From NCBI GenBank assembly GCA_041658985.1, contig JBAZZC010000003.1:10540-74539 (forward strand): a stretch of 64,000 nucleotides of DNA. The letters run 5' to 3'. This document shows positions 6,673 to 16,146 of this stretch, in pieces. Source of the stretch: Minisyncoccota bacterium (lineage in GTDB: Bacteria > Patescibacteriota > Minisyncoccia > Phycocordibacterales > DATDWN01). The position numbers and the translations under genes are program-made. The stretch's first letter is position 1, and every line of letters starts with the position of its first letter. A model generated the notes under the pieces. That model saw only the letters and a program-made list of their open reading frames with translations. It had not been told where the DNA came from and searched no databases.

Positions 6673-9024
6673 ATGGCCAAACCTAAAAGCAAAAAAACAC
6701 TGGTACTTCTTGATGTGCATGCTATTTTGCATCGTGCCTATCACGCCCTTCCGGAGTTTGAATCAAGTAAAGGTGAGCCGACGGGAGCTCTTTATGGGCT
6801 TTGCACCATGCTTATCAAGCTGGTAAAAGATTTTAATCCAGACTACATTATTGCTTGTTATGATTTGCCAGAGCCGACCTTACGACACGAAGCATATGGA
6901 GAATATAAGGCTGGTCGTAAAAAAGCTGACGATAATTTAGTAAAGCAGTTGGAGAGGTCAAAGGACGTTTTCAAGGCCATGAATGTGCCGATGTATTCGT
7001 CCCCAGGATTTGAGGCAGACGATATGCTTGGCACCATTGTTGAGAGCTTAAAAAATAACAAAGATATAGATATTGTTATTGCTTCTGGAGATATGGACAC
7101 CATGCAACTTATAAATGGTGATAGGGTGCGGGTTTACACTTTAAAGAAGGGAATAAAGGACACCATTATTTATAACGAGAAAGCAGTGATGGAAAGATGG
7201 GGCTTTGCTCCAAAACTTTTAACCGACTACAAGGGGTTGAGGGGCGACCCGTCGGATAACATAATTGGTATTGTGGGTATTGGGGAAAAAACAGCAGAAG
7301 AATTAATTCAAAAATTTGGTTCGATAGAAAATATATATAAAGAAATTAAAAATCCAAAATCTAAAATTCACAAAGAAGTTAGACCGAGGGTTTTAGAACT
7401 ACTTAAAACGGGAGAGGAAGAAGCTTTGTTTAGCAAAATGCTGGCTACCATTCGAATTGATGCACCGATTTATTTTACAATGCCCACAAAAATTTGGCGG
7501 GATGATATAGATATGAAAAAAGTTCAAGATTTGTTTTCACAATTTGAATTTAGAATGCTGGGGCAGAAATTTGCCGAGAGTCTATCTCTGGACATGCCAG
7601 AAAGAGCAGAAATAATGGCTAATCCTAAGGACGTATTTGAAGTTGGACTATTGCTCTGGGTAGTGGATTCAAACAAAACAAATTCTACGTTAGATGATAT
7701 TTTGTCGTATACCAGAAGCGACAATCTATCTGATGCTCGGAAGGTTTTGGAGAAGACAATAAAAGACCAAGACCTATCTTTTGTTGTAGAAAAAATAGAA
7801 AAGCCACTTATGCCAATTGTTGAGACAATGAAAGAGGTTGGTATAAAAATAGACACCGAAAGACTAAAAATTTTATCAAAGAAATACCACACAGAATTAT
7901 CGTCACTTGAGAAAAAAATATGGAAAATTGTCGGTGAGGAATTTAATATTAATTCACCAAAACAATTAGGTGAGATGCTTTTTGTTAAAATGGGGCTTAA
8001 AGTAAAAAACCAAAAGAAAACAGCTAGTGGTGGATTTTCTACAAAGGAATCAGAGTTGGAAAAATTAAAGGAAGAGTATCCGATTGCTGGATTAATCCTG
8101 GAGTATCGTAAATTAGCAAAACTTCTTGGCACTTATATAGATACCATGCCAACCCAAGTAGATAAAGGTGATAGGTTACATGCTAATTTTTTACAAGCTG
8201 GGACAACCACTGGCAGAATGGCAAGTCAGGACCCGAATTTGCAAAACATTCCAAATAAAACAGAGCTTGGTCGAGAAATTCGTAAATCGTTTATTGCCGA
8301 AAAAGGCTGGAAACTTATTTCGTTTGATTATTCCCAGATAGAGCTTCGTATTGCTGCTTTCTTGTCGGGGGATAAGAAACTAATTGAGATTTTTAAAACA
8401 GGCCAGGATGTCCACACTGCTGTGGCTTGCGAAGTTTTCGGAGTCAAACCAGAAGAGGTAACAAAGGAGATGAGAATAAAAGCAAAAACCATAAATTTTG
8501 GTGTGATGTATGGAATGGGTGTAACTGCTCTACAGAAAAATATTAAAACAAACAGAGAGGAGGCCCAGGAATTTTTGAATGGATATTTTAATAAATTTTC
8601 TGGACTAGCTGAATATCTAGAAAAAGTAAAAAGGGAAACGGCCCAAAAGGGCTTTACCTCGACATTTTTTGGTCGCAGGAGATATTTTCCTGAAATCAAT
8701 TCCAGACTACCTTTTATGAAGGCCCAAGCAGAAAGAATGGCAGTCAATGCGCCGATACAGGGGACAGAGGCAGACATAATCAAAATGGCTATGATAGAAA
8801 TTGATAGATTTATAAAAAGTAAGAATTTAGAAAAGAACGTCCAATTGCTTTTGCAGGTTCATGATGAGTTGGTATACGAAGCAAAAGAAAATATAGTTAA
8901 TTCAATAACTCCAGAAATAAAAGTAATAATGGAAAATATAATTGACCCAAAAAAAATACACGGAATAGTTTGTGTAGCGAATAGCTCCTTTGGAGACAAT
9001 TGGGCAGAAATGATATCAGTATAA
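6673..9024 (+). CDS. polA: DNA polymerase I (5'-3' exonuclease plus polymerase domains; 3'-5' exonuclease region reduced)
   Basis: N-terminal FEN-like domain, a helix-hairpin-helix, and polymerase motifs A (DYSQIELR), B (RIKAKTINFGVMYG) and C (QVHDELV). 783 aa. Confidence 0.9.
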   Translation: MAKPKSKKTLVLLDVHAILHRAYHALPEFESSKGEPTGALYGLCTMLIKLVKDFNPDYIIACYDLPEPTLRHEAYGEYKAGRKKADDNLVKQLERSKDVFKAMNVPMYSSPGFEADDMLGTIVESLKNNKDIDIVIASGDMDTMQLINGDRVRVYTLKKGIKDTIIYNEKAVMERWGFAPKLLTDYKGLRGDPSDNIIGIVGIGEKTAEELIQKFGSIENIYKEIKNPKSKIHKEVRPRVLELLKTGEEEALFSKMLATIRIDAPIYFTMPTKIWRDDIDMKKVQDLFSQFEFRMLGQKFAESLSLDMPERAEIMANPKDVFEVGLLLWVVDSNKTNSTLDDILSYTRSDNLSDARKVLEKTIKDQDLSFVVEKIEKPLMPIVETMKEVGIKIDTERLKILSKKYHTELSSLEKKIWKIVGEEFNINSPKQLGEMLFVKMGLKVKNQKKTASGGFSTKESELEKLKEEYPIAGLILEYRKLAKLLGTYIDTMPTQVDKGDRLHANFLQAGTTTGRMASQDPNLQNIPNKTELGREIRKSFIAEKGWKLISFDYSQIELRIAAFLSGDKKLIEIFKTGQDVHTAVACEVFGVKPEEVTKEMRIKAKTINFGVMYGMGVTALQKNIKTNREEAQEFLNGYFNKFSGLAEYLEKVKRETAQKGFTSTFFGRRRYFPEINSRLPFMKAQAERMAVNAPIQGTEADIIKMAMIEIDRFIKSKNLEKNVQLLLQVHDELVYEAKENIVNSITPEIKVIMENIIDPKKIHGIVCVANSSFGDNWAEMISV

Positions 9025-9103
9025 TGTATAACGTATTATGTATAAAACACTGACCCAGATTCCATACGTTATACTTTATACATAATACTTTATACATACT
9101 CAT

Positions 9104-9817
9104 ATGATTTATTTTTTACACGGCACAGATACACACAAAAGTCGGAAGAAAATGCATGAAGTTTTGCAGAGTCTTTCTGCTAAAAGACCAAATTCTGAAA
9201 TTTTTAAAATAACAACGGAAAATTGGAGCGAGGGGCAATTCAATGAGCTTTTAGAATCACAGGGATTATTTGATAAAAAATATATTGTTGTTTTAGATTC
9301 TCTTTTCTCAAACAAGGAAGCTAAGGAAATTGTTGCGGGTGGATTAAAAAAAATGCAAGAAGCAGAACATTGGTTTTTGATTTTAGATGGCAAGATTGAT
9401 TCAGCAACAGTAAAAAAAGTAGAAAAAGCCTCTTATAAATCACAGGAATTTAGTGAGAAGGAAGTAAAAAAAGAATCACCAATCATTTTTTCTATTACAG
9501 ACAAACTTTTAAACAGAGATAAAAAGAAATTATGGATTTCATTTACTGATTTGTTAAGTCAGGGAATACCAGTAGAGGAAATTCACGGAGTGCTTTTTTG
9601 GGCAATGAAAAATATGATTATAGCCGGAAAGGTTTCAAGTCAAAAAGAATCTGGGTTAGCACCTTTCTCATACAGTAAAGCGCTTTCTGGAAGTAGAAAC
9701 TATAAATCAGAGGAATTACAAAAAATGTCATCCGATTTGATTGAGATGACACACAGGGTTCGTCAGGGGGAGGGGGATTTAGAAGTGATGATGGAGAAGT
9801 GGATTTTGGAGAGATAA
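9104..9817 (+). CDS. Hypothetical protein, possibly a DNA polymerase III delta subunit (HolA-like)
   Basis: N-terminal MIYFLHGTD resembles the start of the delta subunit. It lies directly downstream of polA. The similarity is weak. Confidence 0.4.
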   Translation: MIYFLHGTDTHKSRKKMHEVLQSLSAKRPNSEIFKITTENWSEGQFNELLESQGLFDKKYIVVLDSLFSNKEAKEIVAGGLKKMQEAEHWFLILDGKIDSATVKKVEKASYKSQEFSEKEVKKESPIIFSITDKLLNRDKKKLWISFTDLLSQGIPVEEIHGVLFWAMKNMIIAGKVSSQKESGLAPFSYSKALSGSRNYKSEELQKMSSDLIEMTHRVRQGEGDLEVMMEKWILER

Positions 9818-9821
9818 ATTC

Positions 9822-9865
9822 TTAAAAACGAAAGGGGCCCCAAGCGACAAAAATGTCGGGGCCCC
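9822..9865 (-). terminator. GGGGCCCC...GGGGCCCC hairpin, T-rich on the minus strand
   Basis: Two self-complementary octamers at 9834-9841 and 9858-9865, followed on the minus strand by TTTCGTTTTTAAG. Confidence 0.4.
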
Positions 9866-9884
9866 ATGTCGGACCAGACCGAGG

Positions 9885-10034
9885 TTACCGGAGAACGTTG
9901 TCGTGTCTCAGTCGTCGGCGGAAATCACCGAGAAGGAGACGAATGACAAGTCCGGCAACAATCACGTAGGCTAACATCGCTGCGCCTACGACGGAGTCTT
10001 TCACTGCCACCACGGAAGACGTTATCTTGTGCAT
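9885..10034 (-). CDS. Small GC-rich hydrophobic peptide (49 aa), hypothetical
   Basis: ATG preceded by an AAGGAGAGG Shine-Dalgarno. Hydrophobic core LAYVIVAGLVIRLLL. GC is about 57% against a ~34% background. Confidence 0.35.
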   Translation of the reverse strand: MHKITSSVVAVKDSVVGAAMLAYVIVAGLVIRLLLGDFRRRLRHDNVLR

Positions 10035-10313
10035 CCGAACCTCTCCTTGGTGAGTTGTGACCTCTTTGATTAATGCTACTCAGAAGTTTAGAAAAAGCAA
10101 ATATAAGAATTAAACAGGGTGTGAATTGGACTTTCTTGAGATTTTTGTTATATTTTGTAGGTTAATAGAGTGTTTACGGTCAGGGATAATTTTCTTGCCG
10201 TCGCAAGAAAATTTCCACGACCCTGCCTCGCCTGTTTTGCATGGTAGCAAAACATGGCTGTGGCTCGCAAAAGCTTTTAATAAGTCAAAGCAGTTTGATT
10301 TATTAAAGCATTT

Positions 10314-10386
10314 GCGCCCGTAGCTCAGTCGGTAGAGCAGCTCCCTTTTAAGGAGATGGTCGCAGGTTCGATTCCTGCCGGGCGCA
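10314..10386 (+). tRNA. tRNA-Lys (anticodon TTT)
   Basis: Acceptor stem GCGCCCG/CGGGCGC, D-arm TAGCTCAGTCGGTAGAGC, anticodon loop CTTTTAA, T-arm GGTTCGATTCC. Confidence 0.85.
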
Positions 10387-10660
10387 CAATTAAAAAATCT
10401 CTGTGGTGGGGATTTTTTAATTGTGCGCCCGGAGCAAGAGTGTGGGGCACTCTTGCGTCAGGAATCGAACAGATTCACGGTTTACGCTCGCAGAAGCGAG
10501 TGTTGTGAATCTGCGTTTTAAATTCTGATGAGTGACGACGAATCAGAATTTAAAAAGATTCCGTCCAGAAAAGGTGTACTGACCATGTAATGGTCGATAT
10601 TCCTGCCGGGCGCACAAACCAAAAAATCTCCACTGCTGGAGATTTTTTGCACTAGTGTGC
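10387..10660. repeat. tRNA-Lys 3'-end duplications and hairpin repeats (scars of site-specific integration)
   Basis: A direct copy of the tRNA 3' end (CGATATTCCTGCCGGGCGCACAA) lies at 10595-10617. An inverted, interrupted copy lies near 10425-10475. Hairpins AAAAAATCTCC..GGAGATTTTTT are shared with repeats at 18566-18703 and 23259-23396. Confidence 0.55.
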
Positions 10661-10775
10661 TGACCGGAATACAATATAATTATAATAACTTTTAGTTGAG
10701 AGTTGAGTTTAGGTTTTATAAAAAGCAGGCACACAGAGATTCCCTGTGTGCCTGTTCAAGTGGTACTCTCCGACC

Positions 10776-12185
10776 TTACCCCAAGCGCTTGAGAAAAGCT
10801 GTTACTTCGGGCGGTAGCGGGAGCGATGGCGAAAAGACCGCTTCGTATTTGTAGTGACGGTAGGCGCCGAACACGCTCTGGAGTTCTTCTGGCGTGTGCG
10901 TCTCGTCTTGAACGACCTTCTTAATCGCCCCCAGAAGATGAGGGAAATCGACAGCAAGAGAGAAAAGCTTGTGAAGCACATCCACTTGCAGTCGATGTGG
11001 CAGACGAATTGGAGACCGGTAGTGATATGTCGAGAAGACACTCTCAACACTGTCAATCAAACCCTCCCGCAAACTCTGCTCCCCGAGCCGAGTCCCTGGA
11101 TAGGGGGTGAAAATTGAAACCCAGGCAAAATCAGGTTTGAGTTGAGTGTTGAACTCAACCGTCTCGTAGTCGTTGTCCAAGGTTGTGCCGGGAAAACCCA
11201 AAATATTCTGGGTAAAAACGGCAATACCCTGGGCGCCAAGCAACTTCCGCGCCAGAATCATCTGGGCTTTGCTAATCCGCCTGCCCAAAAGTTCTGTGCG
11301 CACCTTGTCATTACCAGCTTCTACACCCATGAAAATCTTCGCGCAACCTCCTTGCTTTAAGAGTGTAGCAACTTCTTCGTTTACCAAATCGGCCCGCAGG
11401 GAACAGATAAACGGCATGCCGATCTCAGCACGATACCTCGACACAAAGGTGCGAAGTCGAGGTCGATCAAGTACGAAAATGTCGTCGTGAAAATTGATGG
11501 TTTTCAGATTATGGTGCATCTTCAGTTCCACCAGCTCCGCCATCAAATTTTCCGCCGAGCGAGTTCTGACAAACTTCCCCTTGCTCATATAAAGAGTGCG
11601 CAAGGGTCTATTGGCGCAGTACGAACAGTCGTAGGGGCAACCTCGACTTGAAAAGACGCAATATTCCCCGTCAGCGGGAACGCGCTGAAAGAGATCTCGG
11701 TCTGGGAAAGGCAACGCATCGAGGTTCGCCACTAGTGGGCGCACTTCATTGCGATACACGACACCCTTCTCCTTGATCCAGAAATTGCGTATTTCTCTGA
11801 TCGATGAGTGGGTTTTGATCGCTTGGGCCAGCTCCACAACCGCCTCATCTCCCTCTCCGATTCCAATGACGTCCACCGCCTCATGTGTCAGAATCTCTGG
11901 CACAAGAGTCGGATGAAAACCACCAAAAACAGAGAGAAATGGGTGCCGCCGCTTGAGCCGACTGCACAATTCCAAACAATGCGTCTGTTCGCCCGTGATG
12001 ACGCTAAACATCACCACATCCGGAACGAATTCTTCGAATATTCGTTCGGTATCCTCTTGGCTGGACAGAGAGCCGCGGACGACAAACCCATGTTGCTTGA
12101 GTGCTGACGAGAGATACATCGCCCCAAGCGGTTCATCGACCAAAGCAGGACTAACGATCAAAATCCGCGGGTAATCTTTGTCCAT
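10776..12185 (-). CDS. B12-binding domain radical SAM protein (GC-rich, about 55% GC)
   Basis: CxxxCxxC motif (CPYDCSYCAN), an N-terminal cobalamin-binding-like domain, a GGAGG Shine-Dalgarno, and foreign base composition. Confidence 0.75.
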   Translation of the reverse strand: MDKDYPRILIVSPALVDEPLGAMYLSSALKQHGFVVRGSLSSQEDTERIFEEFVPDVVMFSVITGEQTHCLELCSRLKRRHPFLSVFGGFHPTLVPEILTHEAVDVIGIGEGDEAVVELAQAIKTHSSIREIRNFWIKEKGVVYRNEVRPLVANLDALPFPDRDLFQRVPADGEYCVFSSRGCPYDCSYCANRPLRTLYMSKGKFVRTRSAENLMAELVELKMHHNLKTINFHDDIFVLDRPRLRTFVSRYRAEIGMPFICSLRADLVNEEVATLLKQGGCAKIFMGVEAGNDKVRTELLGRRISKAQMILARKLLGAQGIAVFTQNILGFPGTTLDNDYETVEFNTQLKPDFAWVSIFTPYPGTRLGEQSLREGLIDSVESVFSTYHYRSPIRLPHRLQVDVLHKLFSLAVDFPHLLGAIKKVVQDETHTPEELQSVFGAYRHYKYEAVFSPSLPLPPEVTAFLKRLG

Positions 12186-12196
12186 TTCTCAAACCT

Positions 12197-12270
12197 CCAG
12201 GTTTGATACTACAATGTTGATAGTCTTTTCTAGGAACTTCTAAGTTTGATAATACAATGTTTATAGGTCT
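12197..12270. repeat. Imperfect tandem direct repeat (~31-bp unit GTTTGATAcTACAATGTTgATAGTCT) upstream of the radical SAM gene
   Basis: Two units at 12197-12226 and 12239-12270. Confidence 0.5.
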
Positions 12271-12326
12271 ATTGTCAATATTTAAATAAAATTTACACCG
12301 CCCTCATCTCCCTAATATACAACAGC

Positions 12327-12749
12327 TTAAAACTTATATTCTTCTTTCATTGACCGACGATACCAAAGGTAGGATATAATTGCCAACCCCAACAAAATCC
12401 AAGCAAGTAATGGTCCGGGTGTGTACGTGTCGGCAACATTCCACAGATTGATTTTTTGTAGGGAGATAGAGCCGTTTACTGTGGCAACATCATCAATAAG
12501 ATTGCTGTCCCGTGTTTCTATATACTTCAGATTTTCTTGTCCATATTTAATTCGTGTATCAACTCCGCCTATCTTTGTTTGATAATTTCTGTTTTCATTT
12601 ATAATTTCAGATTCAAGATTGCCAATCTCAACTTGCAACTGATTAATTTTATTTAGAATCTCTGCCTGACGTACTGGTGTCGCAATTTTATACTCGGCTT
12701 TGAGGGTTGTTACTTCTGAATTTATAGAGTTAATCCTAGTTTGATACAA
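12327..12749 (-). CDS. Hypothetical coiled-coil protein with a C-terminal transmembrane helix
   Basis: TTG start. The same frame stays open upstream into the end of the preceding gene, so this may be a frameshifted extension. Confidence 0.4.
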   Translation of the reverse strand: MYQTRINSINSEVTTLKAEYKIATPVRQAEILNKINQLQVEIGNLESEIINENRNYQTKIGGVDTRIKYGQENLKYIETRDSNLIDDVATVNGSISLQKINLWNVADTYTPGPLLAWILLGLAIISYLWYRRSMKEEYKF

Positions 12750-12805
12750 AGAAATGTTTTGGTTGTGATTTCTTACGATTTGTTGTCTTTCTGCGTTTAA
12801 ATCAC

Positions 12806-13552
12806 TTAGGTTGTTTTGGACTTGCTTCTGGTTTTGTTCAAGGGCTTGTTTTTGAGAAAGAAGGTTTTAGAATTTGTTTGTTCAATGTAAAATCTTGACC
12901 CCACTAAGTTTTTTACCTCTTCTCTGAAAGCATCAAATTCACTTTTTGGTATAGCAAAACTAATGTCGCCCCATTTGTCTCCGCTATTTGATGTATCCAC
13001 CCTTCCGTTAAAGCCCCTAACCATGATTTCTATCCTATTTTTTGTATCGGACACTTGTCTAGTTTGAAGTGTTGCATTGTAGTTAATTTTTAGAAACTCC
13101 CTTTTATCAGAAATGGCTCCGCTTGGTTGTGGCACTGGAGGAGTTGGTCTGTAAATGTTTATTTCTGGAGCATACATAACCCTAGATTCATCTGAGGCGA
13201 CTATTTTATTAGCAGTATTACCTGTTGCACTGGTTTGTTCTACTGAATCTCTAGCATTGTTGCTGTAGTCAATTGCTTCTACAGAAGGTATTTCAATACC
13301 ACCGCTTGAGACGGTGAAGTTTTTACTGACACCACCTGAACCATAGCTTATAAGTAGAGTAATTACGGCCATTGTTGCAAAGGCATATGAAAACCATGGA
13401 GAATGATGTTGGGCGTAAGGAGATATTTTATCTACAACGACAGGAACATTTGATAAAATCTCTCTTTTTAGCGCCTCATTATTTTGAGGTGTTTGTTGTT
13501 TGTTTTTTCCCCAAGATTCAAGTATGTCATGAATTGTTTTGTGATTAGTCAT
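12806..13552 (-). CDS. Putative anti-sigma factor (membrane-anchored)
   Basis: Overlaps the ECF sigma gene by 4 bp (ATGA). N-terminal cytoplasmic segment, then a transmembrane helix (ATMAVITLLISYG), then an extracytoplasmic domain. Confidence 0.5.
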   Translation of the reverse strand: MTNHKTIHDILESWGKNKQQTPQNNEALKREILSNVPVVVDKISPYAQHHSPWFSYAFATMAVITLLISYGSGGVSKNFTVSSGGIEIPSVEAIDYSNNARDSVEQTSATGNTANKIVASDESRVMYAPEINIYRPTPPVPQPSGAISDKREFLKINYNATLQTRQVSDTKNRIEIMVRGFNGRVDTSNSGDKWGDISFAIPKSEFDAFREEVKNLVGSRFYIEQTNSKTFFLKNKPLNKTRSKSKTT

Positions 13553-14040
13553 ATTTGTTGGTTTTTAAGTATAAGTTTTGCGGCTCCCAAAGCACGGTGC
13601 ATTCTGACTCTTATTGTCACAGGATTTGTTTTAAGAATTTTTGCAATATTGTTTAGTGGCAGGCCGGCGATATAGTGTAAATTAATAAGCTCTTGGTCAC
13701 TTAGAGAAAGTTGAGCTAACATTTGGTCTATAAAAATTTTATCTTCTTCTTTTGAATTTATTTCTTCTTTGTCGTGTATTACGGGGTCAAACGGAATTTC
13801 TCTTTTGGGTTTGCGCCAATGTTGTTTGCACTCATTTCGGGCGATGGCAAATAGCCACGAAGAAAAACTAGTGTCATTGCGATTATCAAATTTAGGAAGC
13901 GCCTCAATAGCCTTAAGCCAGGTGGTCTGTAATATGTCTTCGGCCAGGTTTTTGTCGTGCAGGGTGTTCACTAGATAACCGTATAATCTTGGGGTTATAG
14001 TATCCCACAGCGCACCAATGTGGTCTTTATTTAAGGTCAT
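13549..14040 (-). CDS. ECF-type RNA polymerase sigma-70 factor
   Basis: Region 2 (DILQTTWLKAIE ... WLFAIARNE) and a region 4 helix-turn-helix (LSDQELINLHYIAGLPLNNIAKIL). Confidence 0.8.
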   Translation of the reverse strand: MTLNKDHIGALWDTITPRLYGYLVNTLHDKNLAEDILQTTWLKAIEALPKFDNRNDTSFSSWLFAIARNECKQHWRKPKREIPFDPVIHDKEEINSKEEDKIFIDQMLAQLSLSDQELINLHYIAGLPLNNIAKILKTNPVTIRVRMHRALGAAKLILKNQQI

Positions 14041-14115
14041 TTTATTTATGAAGTATGATCACATTAAGTATAATGCATCAACTAGGCAAAATGTTACAAT
14101 TTGACCAATTTTTAT

Positions 14116-14484
14116 TTATAGAGGCAGATCTAAAGCAAAAAATCCTGGGCCAGTGAACAATAAAGACAATAGAATAACTTTTATTACCACATATAAAATT
14201 TTCTTCTCTGTTGAAAAAGTAGCTGAGTTATTTTCTAAAAAATAATCAAAACAAATTACTAAGATGGAAACAATAGCTGCTATTTGTGTATAAAAACCAG
14301 CAATGAGTAAAATACCAGACAAAATATAAATAACTGCTGACCAACTGTAGATTTTCTGGTTACGCTCTTTTCCGAGATATATCATAAACAGACCTACAGT
14401 TAGACGGAGTAAGGTTGGAGCGATAAGTCCAAGAAAAAATAATTGTGGAAAAACAGCTAATGGATGCATGAAAATAGTATACAA
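14116..14484 (-). CDS. DoxX-like small membrane protein
   Basis: Four predicted transmembrane helices; 122 aa. Confidence 0.4.
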   Translation of the reverse strand: MYTIFMHPLAVFPQLFFLGLIAPTLLRLTVGLFMIYLGKERNQKIYSWSAVIYILSGILLIAGFYTQIAAIVSILVICFDYFLENNSATFSTEKKILYVVIKVILLSLLFTGPGFFALDLPL

Positions 14485-14487
14485 TAA

Positions 14488-14583
14488 CTAATTTCTAATT
14501 ACTAATTAATCTAAATAATGACCAAACCCCAATAATCAGCTAGTATTTCTTTAGAAATTAGAAATTAGGTTAATTAGAAATTT
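14488..14583. repeat. Cargo-less pair of four-helix-bundle-cassette-type inverted repeats (MITE-like)
   Basis: CTAATTTCTAATTACTAATTAATCTAAATAATGACC, a 27-bp spacer, then TTAGAAATTAGAAATTAGGTTAATTAGAAATTT. Confidence 0.5.
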
Positions 14584-14612
14584 GTTTGGTATGTGTTATA
14601 TTGCTATAAATT

Positions 14613-15095
14613 ATGAAAAAATCTAACCTTCAGATTTCTGTCTTACTGCACAATATTCGTAGTACTCACAATGTTGGGTCTATTTTTCGGACCTCTGATG
14701 CTCTGGGTATCACCAAGATTTATTTATCTGGATTTTCTCCTACACCGGTAGATAAATTTGGAAAACCAAGAAAAGATATCACAAAAGTAGCCTTGGGTGG
14801 AGAAAAAAATATTTCTTGGGAGTATTCAAAAAATCCAGAAAAAATAATTAAAAAACTAAAAAAATCTAACTATCAAATAATTGGTTTGGAACAAACAAAA
14901 AATTCACAGGATTATAAAAAGGTAAAAATTAAATCCCCGACTTTATTTATAGTAGGGAATGAGGTGGAAGGGGTTGAAAGAAAGATTTTATCTCTTTGTG
15001 ATGTTCTAGTTGAAATACCAATGAAAGGTAAAAAGGAGTCACTAAACGTTTCTGTGGCTTTCGGGGTGGCTCTCTTTAGAATACTTAATATTTGA
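14613..15095 (+). CDS. SpoU/TrmH family RNA 2'-O-methyltransferase
   Basis: SPOUT motifs HNVGSIFRTSDALG and IVGNEVEGV. Confidence 0.75.
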   Translation: MKKSNLQISVLLHNIRSTHNVGSIFRTSDALGITKIYLSGFSPTPVDKFGKPRKDITKVALGGEKNISWEYSKNPEKIIKKLKKSNYQIIGLEQTKNSQDYKKVKIKSPTLFIVGNEVEGVERKILSLCDVLVEIPMKGKKESLNVSVAFGVALFRILNI

Positions 15096-15972
15096 GTGTA
15101 TCCACCACTTTTCCAAAATTATCGTATAGAATAATAACCTCACGTTTGTCTTTCCATAAACTCTCACCACGTTTTAGATATACTCTCCACTCTTTCAAAT
15201 AAAAATCCTTGTCATTTTTATGAGTGTCTACGCACGAAGAATAGTTTATTTTTTTTGATATAAAGTTATTACACTCAACACCCAAATATTGTGGGGGTGT
15301 TTCCGTTTGGATTCTGCACGTTGGCATTGAATCAATATAGTCAAAACAACGGTCATTGGCTGTTATTTTTGGTATGGAAGAAAGGTCCTCGTCTCTAGGT
15401 GCCGGACAATTGCTGTTTAGGTAAGGAACAAAAGTTTGAAATTGTCCGAGATATCCAGAACATTTGTTGGCTCTAAAACTGCTACCATTTGGAGAAATAC
15501 CGGTAATGAGATATAAAGTATCTCCGCCGATTAGAAATATATTATCTTCTGTGTTCATTACTCCAGCAAAAAATAAGTATGATGCTTTTGGTATTAATAT
15601 TTGATTTTTTGTGTTCAGGCTTTTTAAAATCCAGCCAGTAACGGGTACCGTTCCCGTCGCATTATTGGCCATTTTTATGGTGACATATTCTTGGCTTGGA
15701 TTTGTGGACCTATTTATATATGAAAGTGTTATCACCCCCTTGTACTGACTCTGGGTTTTTTTGTCCTCCTCTATCTGAAGTTGCTTTTTTAAATCATCAA
15801 TCTGATTTTGGGTGTCTATAATTTTTTGTTCAACTGATACCTCTGTCTGTTTTTGGGTTTCATTGCCGGTGGGGGCTGGTTGGGTGACACCGGCGTTTTT
15901 ACTACCACCAAATAAAGCAATGGCCACGATAGCCAGTAGAATTAAAATTCCTGTTGAGTCTTCTTTACTCAT
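15085..15972 (-). CDS. Membrane-anchored secreted protein, possibly with a lamin-tail-like domain
   Basis: N-terminal transmembrane helix, a coiled coil, a NATGTVPVTGWILKS motif, and a Cys-rich C-terminus. Confidence 0.35.
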   Translation of the reverse strand: MSKEDSTGILILLAIVAIALFGGSKNAGVTQPAPTGNETQKQTEVSVEQKIIDTQNQIDDLKKQLQIEEDKKTQSQYKGVITLSYINRSTNPSQEYVTIKMANNATGTVPVTGWILKSLNTKNQILIPKASYLFFAGVMNTEDNIFLIGGDTLYLITGISPNGSSFRANKCSGYLGQFQTFVPYLNSNCPAPRDEDLSSIPKITANDRCFDYIDSMPTCRIQTETPPQYLGVECNNFISKKINYSSCVDTHKNDKDFYLKEWRVYLKRGESLWKDKREVIILYDNFGKVVDTLKY

Positions 15973-16011
15973 ATTTCTCTATTTTACAACAAAATTACCC
16001 AAAATGCTTTA

Positions 16012-16146
16012 CCCGCACACCAATTTTGGCATTGTCTCTATATTGCCACATCAATAATTATATAAAGAACGAGTCATTTTCATCTAAGTAAGGTTGTTTA
16101 ATTATCTTGAGAGACTGGGCAATGATGCCAAATTTGGTGTTCGGGT
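16012..16146 (+). repeat. R135 inverted-repeat element, copy D
   Basis: CCCGCACACCAATTTTGGCAT ... ATGCCAAATTTGGTGTTCGGGT. It ends exactly at the mutM stop codon. Confidence 0.8.

Noticed and set aside
10425-10475. tRNA-like T-arm sequence (GGAATCGAAC) on the minus strand downstream of tRNA-Lys.
   Set aside because: It has no intact acceptor or anticodon arms. It is an inverted, hairpin-interrupted fragment of the tRNA-Lys 3' end.
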